DNA of 64,000 nt from Candidatus Alistipes intestinigallinarum (lineage in GTDB: Bacteria > Bacteroidota > Bacteroidia > Bacteroidales > Rikenellaceae). The notes beneath the pieces are model-generated. The model made no database searches, was not told where the DNA came from, and worked only from the letters and a program-made list of their open reading frames with translations. The position numbers and the translations under genes were made by a program. The first letter of the stretch is position 1, and each line of letters opens with the position of its first letter. Shown piece after piece: positions 9,853 through 18,895 of this stretch. The DNA lies in contig DXDA01000019.1 of NCBI GenBank assembly GCA_019115745.1, forward strand, positions 6,233 to 70,232. Reading direction: 5' to 3'.

Positions 9853-10965
9853 CTATTCAATGACGATCTCACCTCCTTCCTCTTTGTATCGGAAATGGCC
9901 GACCTTGGCCAGCAGGTCGAGAATGGGCCGCAAGGTCGGATAGCGTTGGATGCGGGCCGAGATGATCTCCTGCGCCGCCGTCTCGTTGCCGAACCGGATC
10001 CGGCATTCGTAACGGGTTTCGAGGCGCCGGGCGATTTCGCCCAGCGTCATGCGGTCGAAGAGCAGGAATCCGTCGCGCAGTGCCGTATAGAGTCGGGTGT
10101 CGACCTCGCGGAGTTCGACTTCCGCTCCGGCGGTCTCGGCCTGGTTGCCGGGGTGCATGACGACCGACTGCCCGGCAGCGGTCGTGAAGGAGACCTCACC
10201 CTCGACGAGCGTCGCCACGGAGCGTCCCTGCTGCTGCTGGATGAGGAATTCGGTGCCGAGCACCCGGATCGATGCGTTTTCGAAAGCGACGACAAAGGGT
10301 CTGTCGGGATCGGGAGCCACATCGAAATAGATCTCTCCCGAGGCTTCGACCCGACGATGGTCGCTCTCGAAACAGAGCGGGAAGCGCAGCCGCGAGTAGT
10401 TGCCGAGCCAGACGCGGGTTCCGTCGCTGAATTCGAGGGTCTGTTCGGGTCCGGTTCCGACGGTGATTTCGCAATATTCGGGTTCCGCTTCCCGGATGGG
10501 TTCCGAAGTCCCGACCCGCAGCAGCCCGGTACTGTCGCGGCTCACGCCGAGCGTATCGGCGGCAAAGACACCCTCGATGGCACGGCTCGAACCGTCGGGA
10601 AGGGTCAGTACCACCTCGGCAGCCACTTCGGACCAGTCCCGAAGGGGTTCCGGTGCGGAATTCTCCCGCAGCAGCAGAAAACCGGCCCCCGCCACGAAGA
10701 GCAGGACGGCCGCGGCCGCCGCATAGCGGATCCGCCGCGACAGCCGGTTGCGGGCATTCCGCCGTTCGACGATCCGCAGGGCGCGCTGCGTATCCACCCG
10801 CACGTAGCGGTGTCCGGATTCCAGGTCACGGCACAACCGATGGAAAATATTCCTGTTTCGTTCCGAGGCATCGAGCCACTGCTCCAGGCGTTCGATCTGT
10901 CGGCGATCCGCATCGCCGTTCAGGAAGCGGACGATGAGATCGGAAATGTCGTCGTAATCTTTCAT
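9853..10965 (-). CDS. FecR family anti-sigma factor
   Basis: LEQWLDAS N-terminus, one TM segment, DGTRVWL, GEIYFDV and IRVLGTEF motifs. ATG at 10965. Confidence 0.9.
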   Translation of the reverse strand: MKDYDDISDLIVRFLNGDADRRQIERLEQWLDASERNRNIFHRLCRDLESGHRYVRVDTQRALRIVERRNARNRLSRRIRYAAAAAVLLFVAGAGFLLLRENSAPEPLRDWSEVAAEVVLTLPDGSSRAIEGVFAADTLGVSRDSTGLLRVGTSEPIREAEPEYCEITVGTGPEQTLEFSDGTRVWLGNYSRLRFPLCFESDHRRVEASGEIYFDVAPDPDRPFVVAFENASIRVLGTEFLIQQQQGRSVATLVEGEVSFTTAAGQSVVMHPGNQAETAGAEVELREVDTRLYTALRDGFLLFDRMTLGEIARRLETRYECRIRFGNETAAQEIISARIQRYPTLRPILDLLAKVGHFRYKEEGGEIVIE

Positions 10966-10984
10966 GGCAAATATCCGACTTTTT

Positions 10985-11038
10985 ATTATTATTACACCGC
11001 TGTCCGGAAAAAGGGGTAACGATTCGTCATTTTTTTTA
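10985..11038 (-). promoter_or_regulatory. Putative ECF-sigma-dependent promoter of the fecR-susCD operon
   Basis: A-tract followed by TTACCCC...GGTGTAAT just upstream of fecR; layout resembles Bacteroidota ECF promoters (inference). Confidence 0.4.
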
Positions 11039-11233
11039 CACTCCGAGGCGGGAATCGCTGCCAAAACGACCGGCCAAGGGGCCTCGAAACGCCCTAAAAA
11101 TAAAAAATGTGCCTATTCGTAAGCAACGGATCAAAAAACATAAGAGTCATTAAAACAGCGATTTAAATAGGAAGAAAGGCGATTGGGCAGATTTTTCAGA
11201 GGCAAAACAGGAAACGTCTTTATTATTTTTTTC

Positions 11234-11241
11234 TAATTTTG
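11234..11241 (+). promoter_or_regulatory. Bacteroidota -7 promoter element (TAATTTTG) of the ECF sigma gene
   Basis: Matches TAnnTTTG; ends 33 nt before the GTG start. Confidence 0.6.
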
Positions 11242-11273
11242 TCCCCACCCGACACATCGGGAACTCCGGAATC

Positions 11274-11801
11274 GTGATCGAACACCTCGCATACGAACAC
11301 TATTACCGCCGCCTCTTCGAAACCTATTACGGTTCGTTGGTCAATTTCGCATGTCGCTACGCACACGATCCGGAAGAGGCCGAGGATATTGTACAGAACA
11401 TCTTCGTGGCGATGTGGAACGGCCGGGTGCATTTCGAGAACGAGTTGAAAATGCGCAACTACCTCTACCGCGCCACGATCCACGGCGTCTACAACGTCAA
11501 ACGCCACCGCCGGGTCTGCGAAAGCGGCATGGCGGTGCTCTCGCAGCACCAGGCGCAGGATGACAACCTGTTACAGGATGCCATCCAGGAGCATGAGCTC
11601 TGGTGCCGGGTGGTCGAGGCGGTAGACGAACTCCCGGAACGCTGCCGGGAGATCTGCCGCATGACGCTGGCCGGGAAAAAGCCCTCGCAGATTGCCGAAG
11701 AACTCGGACTTTCGGTCGAAACGGTCAAAAAACAGAAAAAGATTGCGATCCAGAAACTCAAGGATCGGTTTGGAATATGGATTCTGCTGCTACTTTCCTG
11801 A
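11274..11801 (+). CDS. ECF-type RNA polymerase sigma-70 factor
   Basis: AEDIVQNIFVAMW region 2 and LPERCREI...QIAEELGLSVETVKKQ region 4; divergent from fecR. Confidence 0.93.
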   Translation: MIEHLAYEHYYRRLFETYYGSLVNFACRYAHDPEEAEDIVQNIFVAMWNGRVHFENELKMRNYLYRATIHGVYNVKRHRRVCESGMAVLSQHQAQDDNLLQDAIQEHELWCRVVEAVDELPERCREICRMTLAGKKPSQIAEELGLSVETVKKQKKIAIQKLKDRFGIWILLLLS

Positions 11802-11851
11802 TCCGCAGGCGAGCCTCGTGCAAAGAGGGCCGGTCCGCCCGGTCCGGACAC

Positions 11852-11877
11852 AAAAAATCCCTGCCCGAAGGCAGGGA
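11852..11877 (-). terminator. Rho-independent terminator of the small-protein gene
   Basis: Minus strand reads TCCCTGCC-TTCG-GGCAGGGA-TTTTTT. Confidence 0.8.
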
Positions 11878-12001
11878 ACCAGGCAAACAATTGTTTAACT
11901 AATAAGGAAAAAAGATTTTTAGGGGTGGACGAAAGTCAGCAAGGATCTTTAATTTCACTCTCCACACCGAAAATCCTCGCTGCTTCCATCCGTTTCGATA
12001 A

Positions 12002-12211
12002 TTATTCAACAGGTTGTGATTCGGGTTCGGCCGGGGTCTGATCCGGAGTTTCAGGCTGCGGCTGCTCCTCGGGATTCGGCTCGGGAGCCGGCTGCTCTTC
12101 CGGAGTGGGACACTCTTTCTTCGGCGGCTCCTGCTTCTCGGGCTCCTGGGCCACTACGAATCCTCCGCACATCAGCGCCATCGCTGCCAACATCACCATT
12201 GTCTTTTTCAT
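12002..12211 (-). CDS. Small secreted Pro/Glu/Gln-rich protein (69 aa)
   Basis: Sec signal peptide MKKTMVMLAAMALMCGGFVVA|Q, AT-rich leader, upstream sigma-54 promoter and downstream terminator. Confidence 0.75.
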   Translation of the reverse strand: MKKTMVMLAAMALMCGGFVVAQEPEKQEPPKKECPTPEEQPAPEPNPEEQPQPETPDQTPAEPESQPVE

Positions 12212-12284
12212 AGCGTTCCGTTTTAACAGGTTAAACTTCTCTTCTAAAGGAACGGGGTATCATCCGCGTTCTGCCACTCAGAAG

Positions 12285-12301
12285 TTCAAGCACGATGCCA
12301 A
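12285..12301 (-). promoter_or_regulatory. Sigma-54 (-24/-12) promoter
   Basis: Minus strand TTGGCATCGTGCTTGAA versus consensus TGGCAC-N5-TTGCW; spacing is correct and -12 is the TTGA variant. Confidence 0.7.
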
Positions 12302-12393
12302 ACCGGCCATTCGGGCATTTATTCTCTGGTTGTCAGACACATCCATGAAAGCCACGACACGCAGAATTCGGGAAGCGAAATGTGGAAAACAGA

Positions 12394-12424
12394 TTCGGAG
12401 TGTGGAATAACTCCACACTCCGAA
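12394..12424. promoter_or_regulatory. 13-bp perfect inverted repeat: candidate activator binding site (UAS) and/or terminator
   Basis: TTCGGAGTGTGGA-ATAAC-TCCACACTCCGAA, with an extra TGTGGAA half-site at 12381; about 100 bp upstream of the sigma-54 promoter. Confidence 0.6.
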
Positions 12425-12450
12425 CCGTTGTCGGCCTTCAGGACGAAGGG

Positions 12451-13800
12451 TCATTCAATCCCGTAGAGGTGCATTTTGTTGTAGAGTGTCTTGCGATCGA
12501 TACCGAGGAGTTTGGCGGCCTGCGACTTGTTGCCTCCGGCAGCGGCCAGGGCCCGGCGGATCTGCTCCTCCTCCGAGACCGGGTCGTGCAGCGAGAACGA
12601 AGCTGCGGCTGCGGACGGTTCGGTAATCTCACGCGGAAGGTCCCCGACCGTAATGTAATCCCCCGCGGCAAGCAGGGTCGCCGACATCACCGTATTCTTC
12701 AACTGCCGCAGGTTGCCCGGCCAGTCATATCCCGACAGGGCCTTCACGGCCTTTGGTTCGAATCCGACGATCCGTTTGTCGAGTTCGCGGTTGGCCTGGT
12801 CGAGAAAGAAGTCGGCGAAGAGCGGAATATCCTCGCGCCGATCCCGCAGGCAGGGGACCCGCAGCGTAAAGGAGTTGATCCGGTGGTAGAGGTCGGCGCG
12901 GAAGGTTCCCCGGGCAATGGCGGCTTCGAGATCCTCGTTCGTGGCGGCCACGAGGCGAATGTCGACCGGGATTTCACGGTTCCCGCCCACGGGCCGGATC
13001 CGCCGCTCCTGCAGCGCCCGCAGGAGCTGGACCTGCGTCTCGTAGGTCAGGTTGCCCACTTCGTCCAGGAAGAGCGTACCGCCGTCGGCCAGTTCGAAGG
13101 CCCCCTTCTTGTCGCTCACCGCCCCGGTAAAGGAGCCCTTGACGTGGCCGAAAAACTCCGAGGCGGCCAGTTCGCGCGGAATCGCCCCGCAATCGACCGC
13201 CACGAAGGGTTTTTCGGCGCGTTTGCTGTTCTGATGGATGAGCTGCGCCACATGCTCCTTGCCGGTTCCGCTGGCGCCGTTGACGAGGACCGACATATTG
13301 GTCGGCGCCACCAGCCGGATATACTCGTAAAGCCGACGCGACGCATCGCTGCGCCCTTCGATATAGTCGAGCGGCACGAGTGCCGGAACCGTCTTCGCCG
13401 CACCCCGCCGGGGGGCCTTCGCCTCCGCAGGAGCCTCAACGGGCTTCTCCAGCGCCTCGCGGATCTTTTTGAGCAATTCGTCGGGGTTCACCGGCTTGGA
13501 GACGTAGTCTCGGGCCCCGAGTTTCATGCAGCGCACGGCGTTCTGAATCTCGGCATAGCTCGTCATGACGATCACCGGAGTTTCGATCCCCGCGCCCGAC
13601 ATCCACTGCAACAGCGCAATCCCGTCCTGGTCGGGCAGTCGCATATCGCTCAGCACCAGGGCAAACCGCCCACCCGAAAGCGCCGTACGCGCCGCCGCAA
13701 CCGTCGAGGCGGTCTCCACGTCGAAACCGCGCTTCGAGAGCCACGTGCGCAACATCAGCGCAAACGTAATATCATCATCTACGATCAGAATCCGTTCCAT
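12451..13800 (-). CDS. Sigma-54-dependent response regulator (NtrC/RteB-like: REC-AAA+-Fis HTH)
   Basis: REC domain (VDDD, LSDMRLP), GASGTGKE, GSFTGA (GAFTGA variant), LFLDEV, WPGNLRQL and Fis-type HTH. Confidence 0.96.
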   Translation of the reverse strand: MERILIVDDDITFALMLRTWLSKRGFDVETASTVAAARTALSGGRFALVLSDMRLPDQDGIALLQWMSGAGIETPVIVMTSYAEIQNAVRCMKLGARDYVSKPVNPDELLKKIREALEKPVEAPAEAKAPRRGAAKTVPALVPLDYIEGRSDASRRLYEYIRLVAPTNMSVLVNGASGTGKEHVAQLIHQNSKRAEKPFVAVDCGAIPRELAASEFFGHVKGSFTGAVSDKKGAFELADGGTLFLDEVGNLTYETQVQLLRALQERRIRPVGGNREIPVDIRLVAATNEDLEAAIARGTFRADLYHRINSFTLRVPCLRDRREDIPLFADFFLDQANRELDKRIVGFEPKAVKALSGYDWPGNLRQLKNTVMSATLLAAGDYITVGDLPREITEPSAAAASFSLHDPVSEEEQIRRALAAAGGNKSQAAKLLGIDRKTLYNKMHLYGIE

Positions 13801-13803
13801 AGG

Positions 13804-16305
13804 TTACAAAGATAACGTTTTTTCCGCTTCCGCGACGATCGTCCGGATGCTCCGCACCGTCGGCCGCAACGCTTCGGAGCGGGATTCGGACCACGGAGCC
13901 TCTTCGGTTTCGGCACGCCGCAGGGCTTCGGCCACCTCCCGGGCTCCGAGCATCGTGAAGATCGGAACCATTTTGTGCGCCAGAGCCTTTACCGCCGCTT
14001 CATCCCCCGTATCGAGGGCCCTCTCCAACCCGTCGCAGTTGGCCGCAGTCTGCTCGGCAAAGGAGCGCAGGATGCTCCGGGCCGCCTCGTCATCGTCGCC
14101 CGCATAGAGCGTCAAGGCGTGGAAGTCGATCCGGTCCGATTGCAGGGCATCGGGCATATCCGGGGTTTCGGGAAGCTCCCCGCATCCGGGCTCCGTTCCG
14201 ACGCCGCAGGCCTCGCGGATCGCCGCCACCAGTTCGCCCGACGAGAAGGGCTTGCGCAGACATCCGGCAAAACCCTGCTCCCGAAGCTCCTTCGCATCGA
14301 GCTCCCCGCGGGCCGAAACGGCCACGACGGGCAACGCCGGATCGACCCCGTGTACGCTCTTCAACACGGAGAATCCGTCGGCCGACGGCATCTGAATATC
14401 GGTCAATACCAGATTGAAATCCCCCTCGGCGACGAGTTTCCCGACATATTCGGGGTACTGGCAGCTCTCGGCGGCAATTCCCGCCCGGCGGCACATCGCC
14501 GCGGCCATTTCGAGCTGCAGCGGGTCATCATCGACCAGCAGCACCCGCACTCCGCGGGGAGCGGACAGCTCCACGGCCGAATCCGCGGCGGCGGATTCGG
14601 TCCCGGCAGCGATTCCGGAGCGGTTTCCCACCGCTCCGGTCTCCCGGACCGGGAGGGTAACGATAAACCGGCTGCCCTCACCGGGACGGCTTTCGAGTGT
14701 GATCTTTCCATCGAGGAGTTTCACCAGCCGGTCGACGATCGAGAGCCCGAGGCCGAAACCGTCAACCCCCTGCGCCGAACTCAGCCGTACGAACTCGGCA
14801 AAGATGCGATCCCGCTCCTCCCGGCCGATTCCGCGGCCCGTATCGCGCACGGAGAAGATCAGCCTCCCCTGCACGACGTCGACCCGGAGCTTCACCCACC
14901 CGCGATCGGTGAACTTCAAGGCATTGGAGAGCAGGTTGTCGGCGATCTGGCGGATATGGAAGGCATCCCCCTCGACCATCCGGGCAGCCCCCTCGCCGGT
15001 CTCCAGGCGCAAATCGAGCCCCTTGGCGGCTGCCGAAGCGGAGAATCCTGCCCGGATCGTCTCGAAGAGCTGCGCCGGATTGAACGTCACGCGATTCACC
15101 TCGATCTTGTTGATATCCAGCCGATAGAAATCCAGCAGGCTGTTGACCAGCGCCAGCAGATGTTCCGAAGAGTCCTTCATGTTGTGCAGGTAGAGCTCCT
15201 GGCGCCGGTCATCGGTCAGGCGCGACAGCAGGTCGATATACCCCATCACCGAGCCCAACGGCGCCTTGATGTCGTGCGTAATGGCGAGCATCAACTGCTC
15301 GCGGGCGGCCAGCAGCGACTCCTTCTCCCGGTTGGCGCGTTCCAACTCCCGGCGATAGCGGTTTCCGCGGTTGATGTCGCGCCAGAGGATCCCCACGAAG
15401 AAGAGCATCAACAGAATCGAACCGCCGGTCACTCCTCCCAGGATATGAGACGTCCGCCGCCGGATCGCCTCGTTGCGGCGAATCCGCCGCATCAGAAACG
15501 CCGTATCCTCGGCTTCGAAATCGAGGATCAGGCTGTAGATCTTCATGTTCACCAGGTCGTTGCTGTAGCTCAGCCGCAGCACCTCCTGCCAGGCCCGGTC
15601 ATAAAACGTCTGGCGGTTGCTCGTGACGCTGTCCTGCAGGGCCCGGAGGACCAATTCGATGGTATCCTTCACCATTCCCACGGGGAGTACCGGCCCGGCC
15701 GTCTTCCGACGCGAAATCACCCCGGTGGAGTCCTCCCGGGGCGGGAAGAGACCGGTCATCTGCTGCAGAAAAGGCTGCGTGGCCGGCGATCCGAAGAGCG
15801 TATCCCGACGCACGATCCGACGGAAAGGATCCGTATCGGCCGCAATGCTCGTCTGCGGGCCGATCAGCTCGCGGATATTCTTGTCCAGCAGGCCGTCGGT
15901 CGATCCGGCACGGATGGTCTGCCGCAGGCTCATCGTCTGCCACTCCTTGTTGTTGAGCAGGCGTGTGATGCTGTCCAGGCGCATGGTCTGCAGCGAATCG
16001 CCTTCGGCCGTCAGTGCCCGCAGGGAGTCGATACAGCCCCTTACAGTCTGCAGCTCGGCCCGATAACGGGTTTCGAAGGAGAGATTTCCGGCAATCATCA
16101 ACTGTCCGTAACTTTCGGCCTGATACAGATGGTAAAGCGTACGGTTGACGGCCGTGCGTTTGGTGTGCAGCAGGGCGGAGTCGCTGTCGGGCGCCGACAG
16201 CCGCACCAAGGCCCGATAGACATAGGCGATGGCCAGGATACTCACGGCAGCCAGCAGCACATACCCCGCAACAATCTTCGTTTTGACGAATTTGGACTCC
16301 TTCAC
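13804..16305 (-). CDS. Hybrid sensor histidine kinase (HisKA-HATPase-REC-HPt, RteA-like)
   Basis: Two TM segments, THDIKAPL H-box, NLLSNALKFT, DTGRGI, GFGLGL, REC (LTDIQMP) and HPt (LAHKM). GTG 16305 chosen because TATCTTTG lies at 16311-16318. Confidence 0.93.
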   Translation of the reverse strand: MKESKFVKTKIVAGYVLLAAVSILAIAYVYRALVRLSAPDSDSALLHTKRTAVNRTLYHLYQAESYGQLMIAGNLSFETRYRAELQTVRGCIDSLRALTAEGDSLQTMRLDSITRLLNNKEWQTMSLRQTIRAGSTDGLLDKNIRELIGPQTSIAADTDPFRRIVRRDTLFGSPATQPFLQQMTGLFPPREDSTGVISRRKTAGPVLPVGMVKDTIELVLRALQDSVTSNRQTFYDRAWQEVLRLSYSNDLVNMKIYSLILDFEAEDTAFLMRRIRRNEAIRRRTSHILGGVTGGSILLMLFFVGILWRDINRGNRYRRELERANREKESLLAAREQLMLAITHDIKAPLGSVMGYIDLLSRLTDDRRQELYLHNMKDSSEHLLALVNSLLDFYRLDINKIEVNRVTFNPAQLFETIRAGFSASAAAKGLDLRLETGEGAARMVEGDAFHIRQIADNLLSNALKFTDRGWVKLRVDVVQGRLIFSVRDTGRGIGREERDRIFAEFVRLSSAQGVDGFGLGLSIVDRLVKLLDGKITLESRPGEGSRFIVTLPVRETGAVGNRSGIAAGTESAAADSAVELSAPRGVRVLLVDDDPLQLEMAAAMCRRAGIAAESCQYPEYVGKLVAEGDFNLVLTDIQMPSADGFSVLKSVHGVDPALPVVAVSARGELDAKELREQGFAGCLRKPFSSGELVAAIREACGVGTEPGCGELPETPDMPDALQSDRIDFHALTLYAGDDDEAARSILRSFAEQTAANCDGLERALDTGDEAAVKALAHKMVPIFTMLGAREVAEALRRAETEEAPWSESRSEALRPTVRSIRTIVAEAEKTLSL

Positions 16306-16389
16306 GGGGCCAAAGATACGAAAAAAGTCCGGCTTGTGACCGGACTCTCCGCAAGAACTCCGTATCAACGGTCGGAAGAAGGGTGTTTC

Positions 16390-17760
16390 TCACGCTTCCG
16401 CCCGGCGTTTGCGGTTGAGGAGCGGCAGCAGGAACGAGATCACCGAGGCGGCAAGCCAGAAGATCGCCGCAGGTCCGAAATCGTAATGGCGCGAACCGTC
16501 GGCGGCCAACGTCACGTGGTTGTCGATGAGCCACCCGGAGACCACATCCTGAATGCCCGCAGCACAGTACGACGCAATGCCCACGACGCCCAGTGCGGCA
16601 CCGGTGGCCTTGCGCGGCACGATGTCCACGGCCATCAACCCGCCGAGGAAACAGATCAGCACCCCGATGGCGATTCCGAAGAGCACCATGGCCAGGATAT
16701 TGACCCACAAGGCATCGCCGCCGTAGAGAAAGATGGCCAGGGCCACGGAGTTTAACACCCCGAAGATCAAAGCCGGAATCTTCCGGTCTCCCTTGAAGAG
16801 CCGGTCGGAGAACCACCCCGAAAAGACCGTTCCGAGGATACCGAGCAGGGCGTTTATCGAGACGATGGAGATCGCCTCCTGGTCGGAATACCCTTTCGCC
16901 TCCTGGAGAAACAAGACGCCCCAGCCGTTGATCGCATAGCGCGAGACGTACATGAAGGCGCTGGCTGCGGCCAGGACCCACACGGCCGGAGTCCGCAGGA
17001 CCTGTCTCTGAATCTCCCGGACCGAATGGGTCTGCGCCTGCGACGGAGCCTCATGGGCCAACTGCTCTACCGGCGGCAACCCTTTCGATTCGGGCGTATC
17101 GTGAAGCATCAGTACGACGATCACAACCCCGATCGCTCCGGCAATGGCCGAACCGAAAAATCCGGCCTGCCACCCGGCAAAGGTCACGATCGACCCCACG
17201 AACAGGAACGAGAAGAACTCCCCGAGGTTGTGGCTCGCGGAGAAGAATCCGTAGTAGGTTCCGCGTTCCCGGAGCGGGAACCAACGCGACAGGGAGATGA
17301 TGGCCGGAGCGGCACCCATGGACTGCGCCCAGCCGTTCAGGCCCCACAGAACAGCGAAAAAGAGGAACAACGCAGCCGTAGGAACCACCGTATGAGCCAG
17401 TCCCAGCAGCCCCATCAGCGCATTCGCCGCGGCCGAAACGACGAGTCCCGTGGCCATGAAGCGCTTGATGTTGCAATAATCGGCGATAAATCCATTGACG
17501 AACTTCCCCACGGCATAGGCAAAGAGCAGGGCCGAGCCGATGACACCCAACTGCGAGGCATCCAGCGAACCGCTGTCGAGAATCGGCTTCTTCATCACGT
17601 TGAGGCTCGTCCGGCAGACGTAGTAGAGGCTGTATCCGAGCGTTGCGGCGACGAACGACTGAAACCGCAGCCGCCGATAATACTTCGTGCGACCCGCCTC
17701 ATCCATCTCGCGGAGCGGAGCGGGATCGCTGATGCGGTAAAAATCCGTAAACCGGCTCAT
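16390..17760 (-). CDS. MFS organophosphate:Pi antiporter, GlpT/UhpT family
   Basis: GYSLYYVCRTSL, YAVGKFVNG, LNGWAQSMG, WFPLRERG...SHNLG and DTPESKGLPP motifs. Confidence 0.9.
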   Translation of the reverse strand: MSRFTDFYRISDPAPLREMDEAGRTKYYRRLRFQSFVAATLGYSLYYVCRTSLNVMKKPILDSGSLDASQLGVIGSALLFAYAVGKFVNGFIADYCNIKRFMATGLVVSAAANALMGLLGLAHTVVPTAALFLFFAVLWGLNGWAQSMGAAPAIISLSRWFPLRERGTYYGFFSASHNLGEFFSFLFVGSIVTFAGWQAGFFGSAIAGAIGVVIVVLMLHDTPESKGLPPVEQLAHEAPSQAQTHSVREIQRQVLRTPAVWVLAAASAFMYVSRYAINGWGVLFLQEAKGYSDQEAISIVSINALLGILGTVFSGWFSDRLFKGDRKIPALIFGVLNSVALAIFLYGGDALWVNILAMVLFGIAIGVLICFLGGLMAVDIVPRKATGAALGVVGIASYCAAGIQDVVSGWLIDNHVTLAADGSRHYDFGPAAIFWLAASVISFLLPLLNRKRRAEA

Positions 17761-17772
17761 GGCAACAATCGG

Positions 17773-18687
17773 TTAATCGTGAAGGTCCCGCGAACGCAGG
17801 TAATCGAGGAGCAGTTCGGGACGGTCGGTCTGGATCATCGTAGCGCCCATGTCAACCAGTTTTCCGTAGATCCCGGCAGGCGAGCCGTCGAATGCGGCAT
17901 CGTCACACAGCCCGCCGCACAGGCTCGGCCACAAGGAGTTGACCCACAGTTTCGAACCGCTCGACACCACCTCCCGCATACATTGTTCCACCTCGGGGGT
18001 CAGTTCATCCCAACAAACCTCGTATGCCAGAGGGACGATGCCCTGCTGCCTGTAAGCAGCGAAAAGGGCACGGCCGGAGGGTTTCAGAATATCGATGATC
18101 GGCATGTACATCATGTTCCGGGGATGCTCGCCGAATTTGGCCGCAACGACCTCCGGAGCGCGTTTTCCCTTAATGAGAACCTGTCCGGTTACCCCCAGTT
18201 CCTCGGTCACGGAAAGGGCCAGATCGTAGTATTCATATCCCTGGTCGATATTCACGACAATGCGGTCACGACATACCTCAAGAGCCTCGCGGAGCGTAGG
18301 CATCCGGTATTCGGTTTTCACCCCATGCCCGGTTTTCAACACGCAGCGACGGATTGAATCGTAGGTAATGTCGCAGACACGCCCGTGGCCCGATGTCGTC
18401 CGGTCGATGGTCTTGTCATGGCAGAGGACCAATACGCTGTCCCGGGTCAGCTTCAAATCGAGCTCCAGGACATCGACCCCCATGCGGATGACGGATTCTA
18501 TGGCCGGAATGGAGTTTTCGGGATAGTTGCGCCAGTCACCGCGGTGCGAGATGACCAGCACGTTGCGCGACGCCGGGTCGTGCAACTCGGCAAGAGTCCG
18601 TTCAACGGGATTCGAGGTGAGGGGACGGGCCGACTCGCACGCTGCAAGGAGGAGCAGGCTGGCGGACAAAATCATTAATCTCTTCAT
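17773..18687 (-). CDS. Glycerophosphodiester phosphodiesterase lipoprotein
   Basis: Lipobox LAAC; SHRG, PENS, ELD and CHD catalytic motifs; MIQTDRP. ATG at 18687. Confidence 0.92.
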   Translation of the reverse strand: MKRLMILSASLLLLAACESARPLTSNPVERTLAELHDPASRNVLVISHRGDWRNYPENSIPAIESVIRMGVDVLELDLKLTRDSVLVLCHDKTIDRTTSGHGRVCDITYDSIRRCVLKTGHGVKTEYRMPTLREALEVCRDRIVVNIDQGYEYYDLALSVTEELGVTGQVLIKGKRAPEVVAAKFGEHPRNMMYMPIIDILKPSGRALFAAYRQQGIVPLAYEVCWDELTPEVEQCMREVVSSGSKLWVNSLWPSLCGGLCDDAAFDGSPAGIYGKLVDMGATMIQTDRPELLLDYLRSRDLHD

Positions 18688-18895
18688 GTCGTTGGATTTT
18701 GAGGTTTTCAACTCCAAACACGAAGATACCTCCGCAGGAATCTGCGGAACATCCACCCGGCCGGTCCGCCGCCATCCGACCCGAAAAAAGGAGACGGCGA
18801 CCGGTTACAAAGGTATGAAAAATTTCTGCAACCCGACACAATATGTCGAAAAAAAATATACATTTGCGCTGGCGGTATCTGACAGCCAATACGCT

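Noticed and set aside
12451-16305. RteA/RteB similarity as a sign of a conjugative transposon
   Set aside because: No tetQ, rteC, integrase or tra genes nearby, and composition matches the host, so it is treated as a chromosomal two-component system.
18527-18895. Long N-terminal extensions in the ORF track (ECF sigma from 18527; also 28394, 19482, 56195, 11064 and 49317)
   Set aside because: They overlap neighbouring genes or promoter elements. Downstream ATGs give normal-length proteins or signal peptides.
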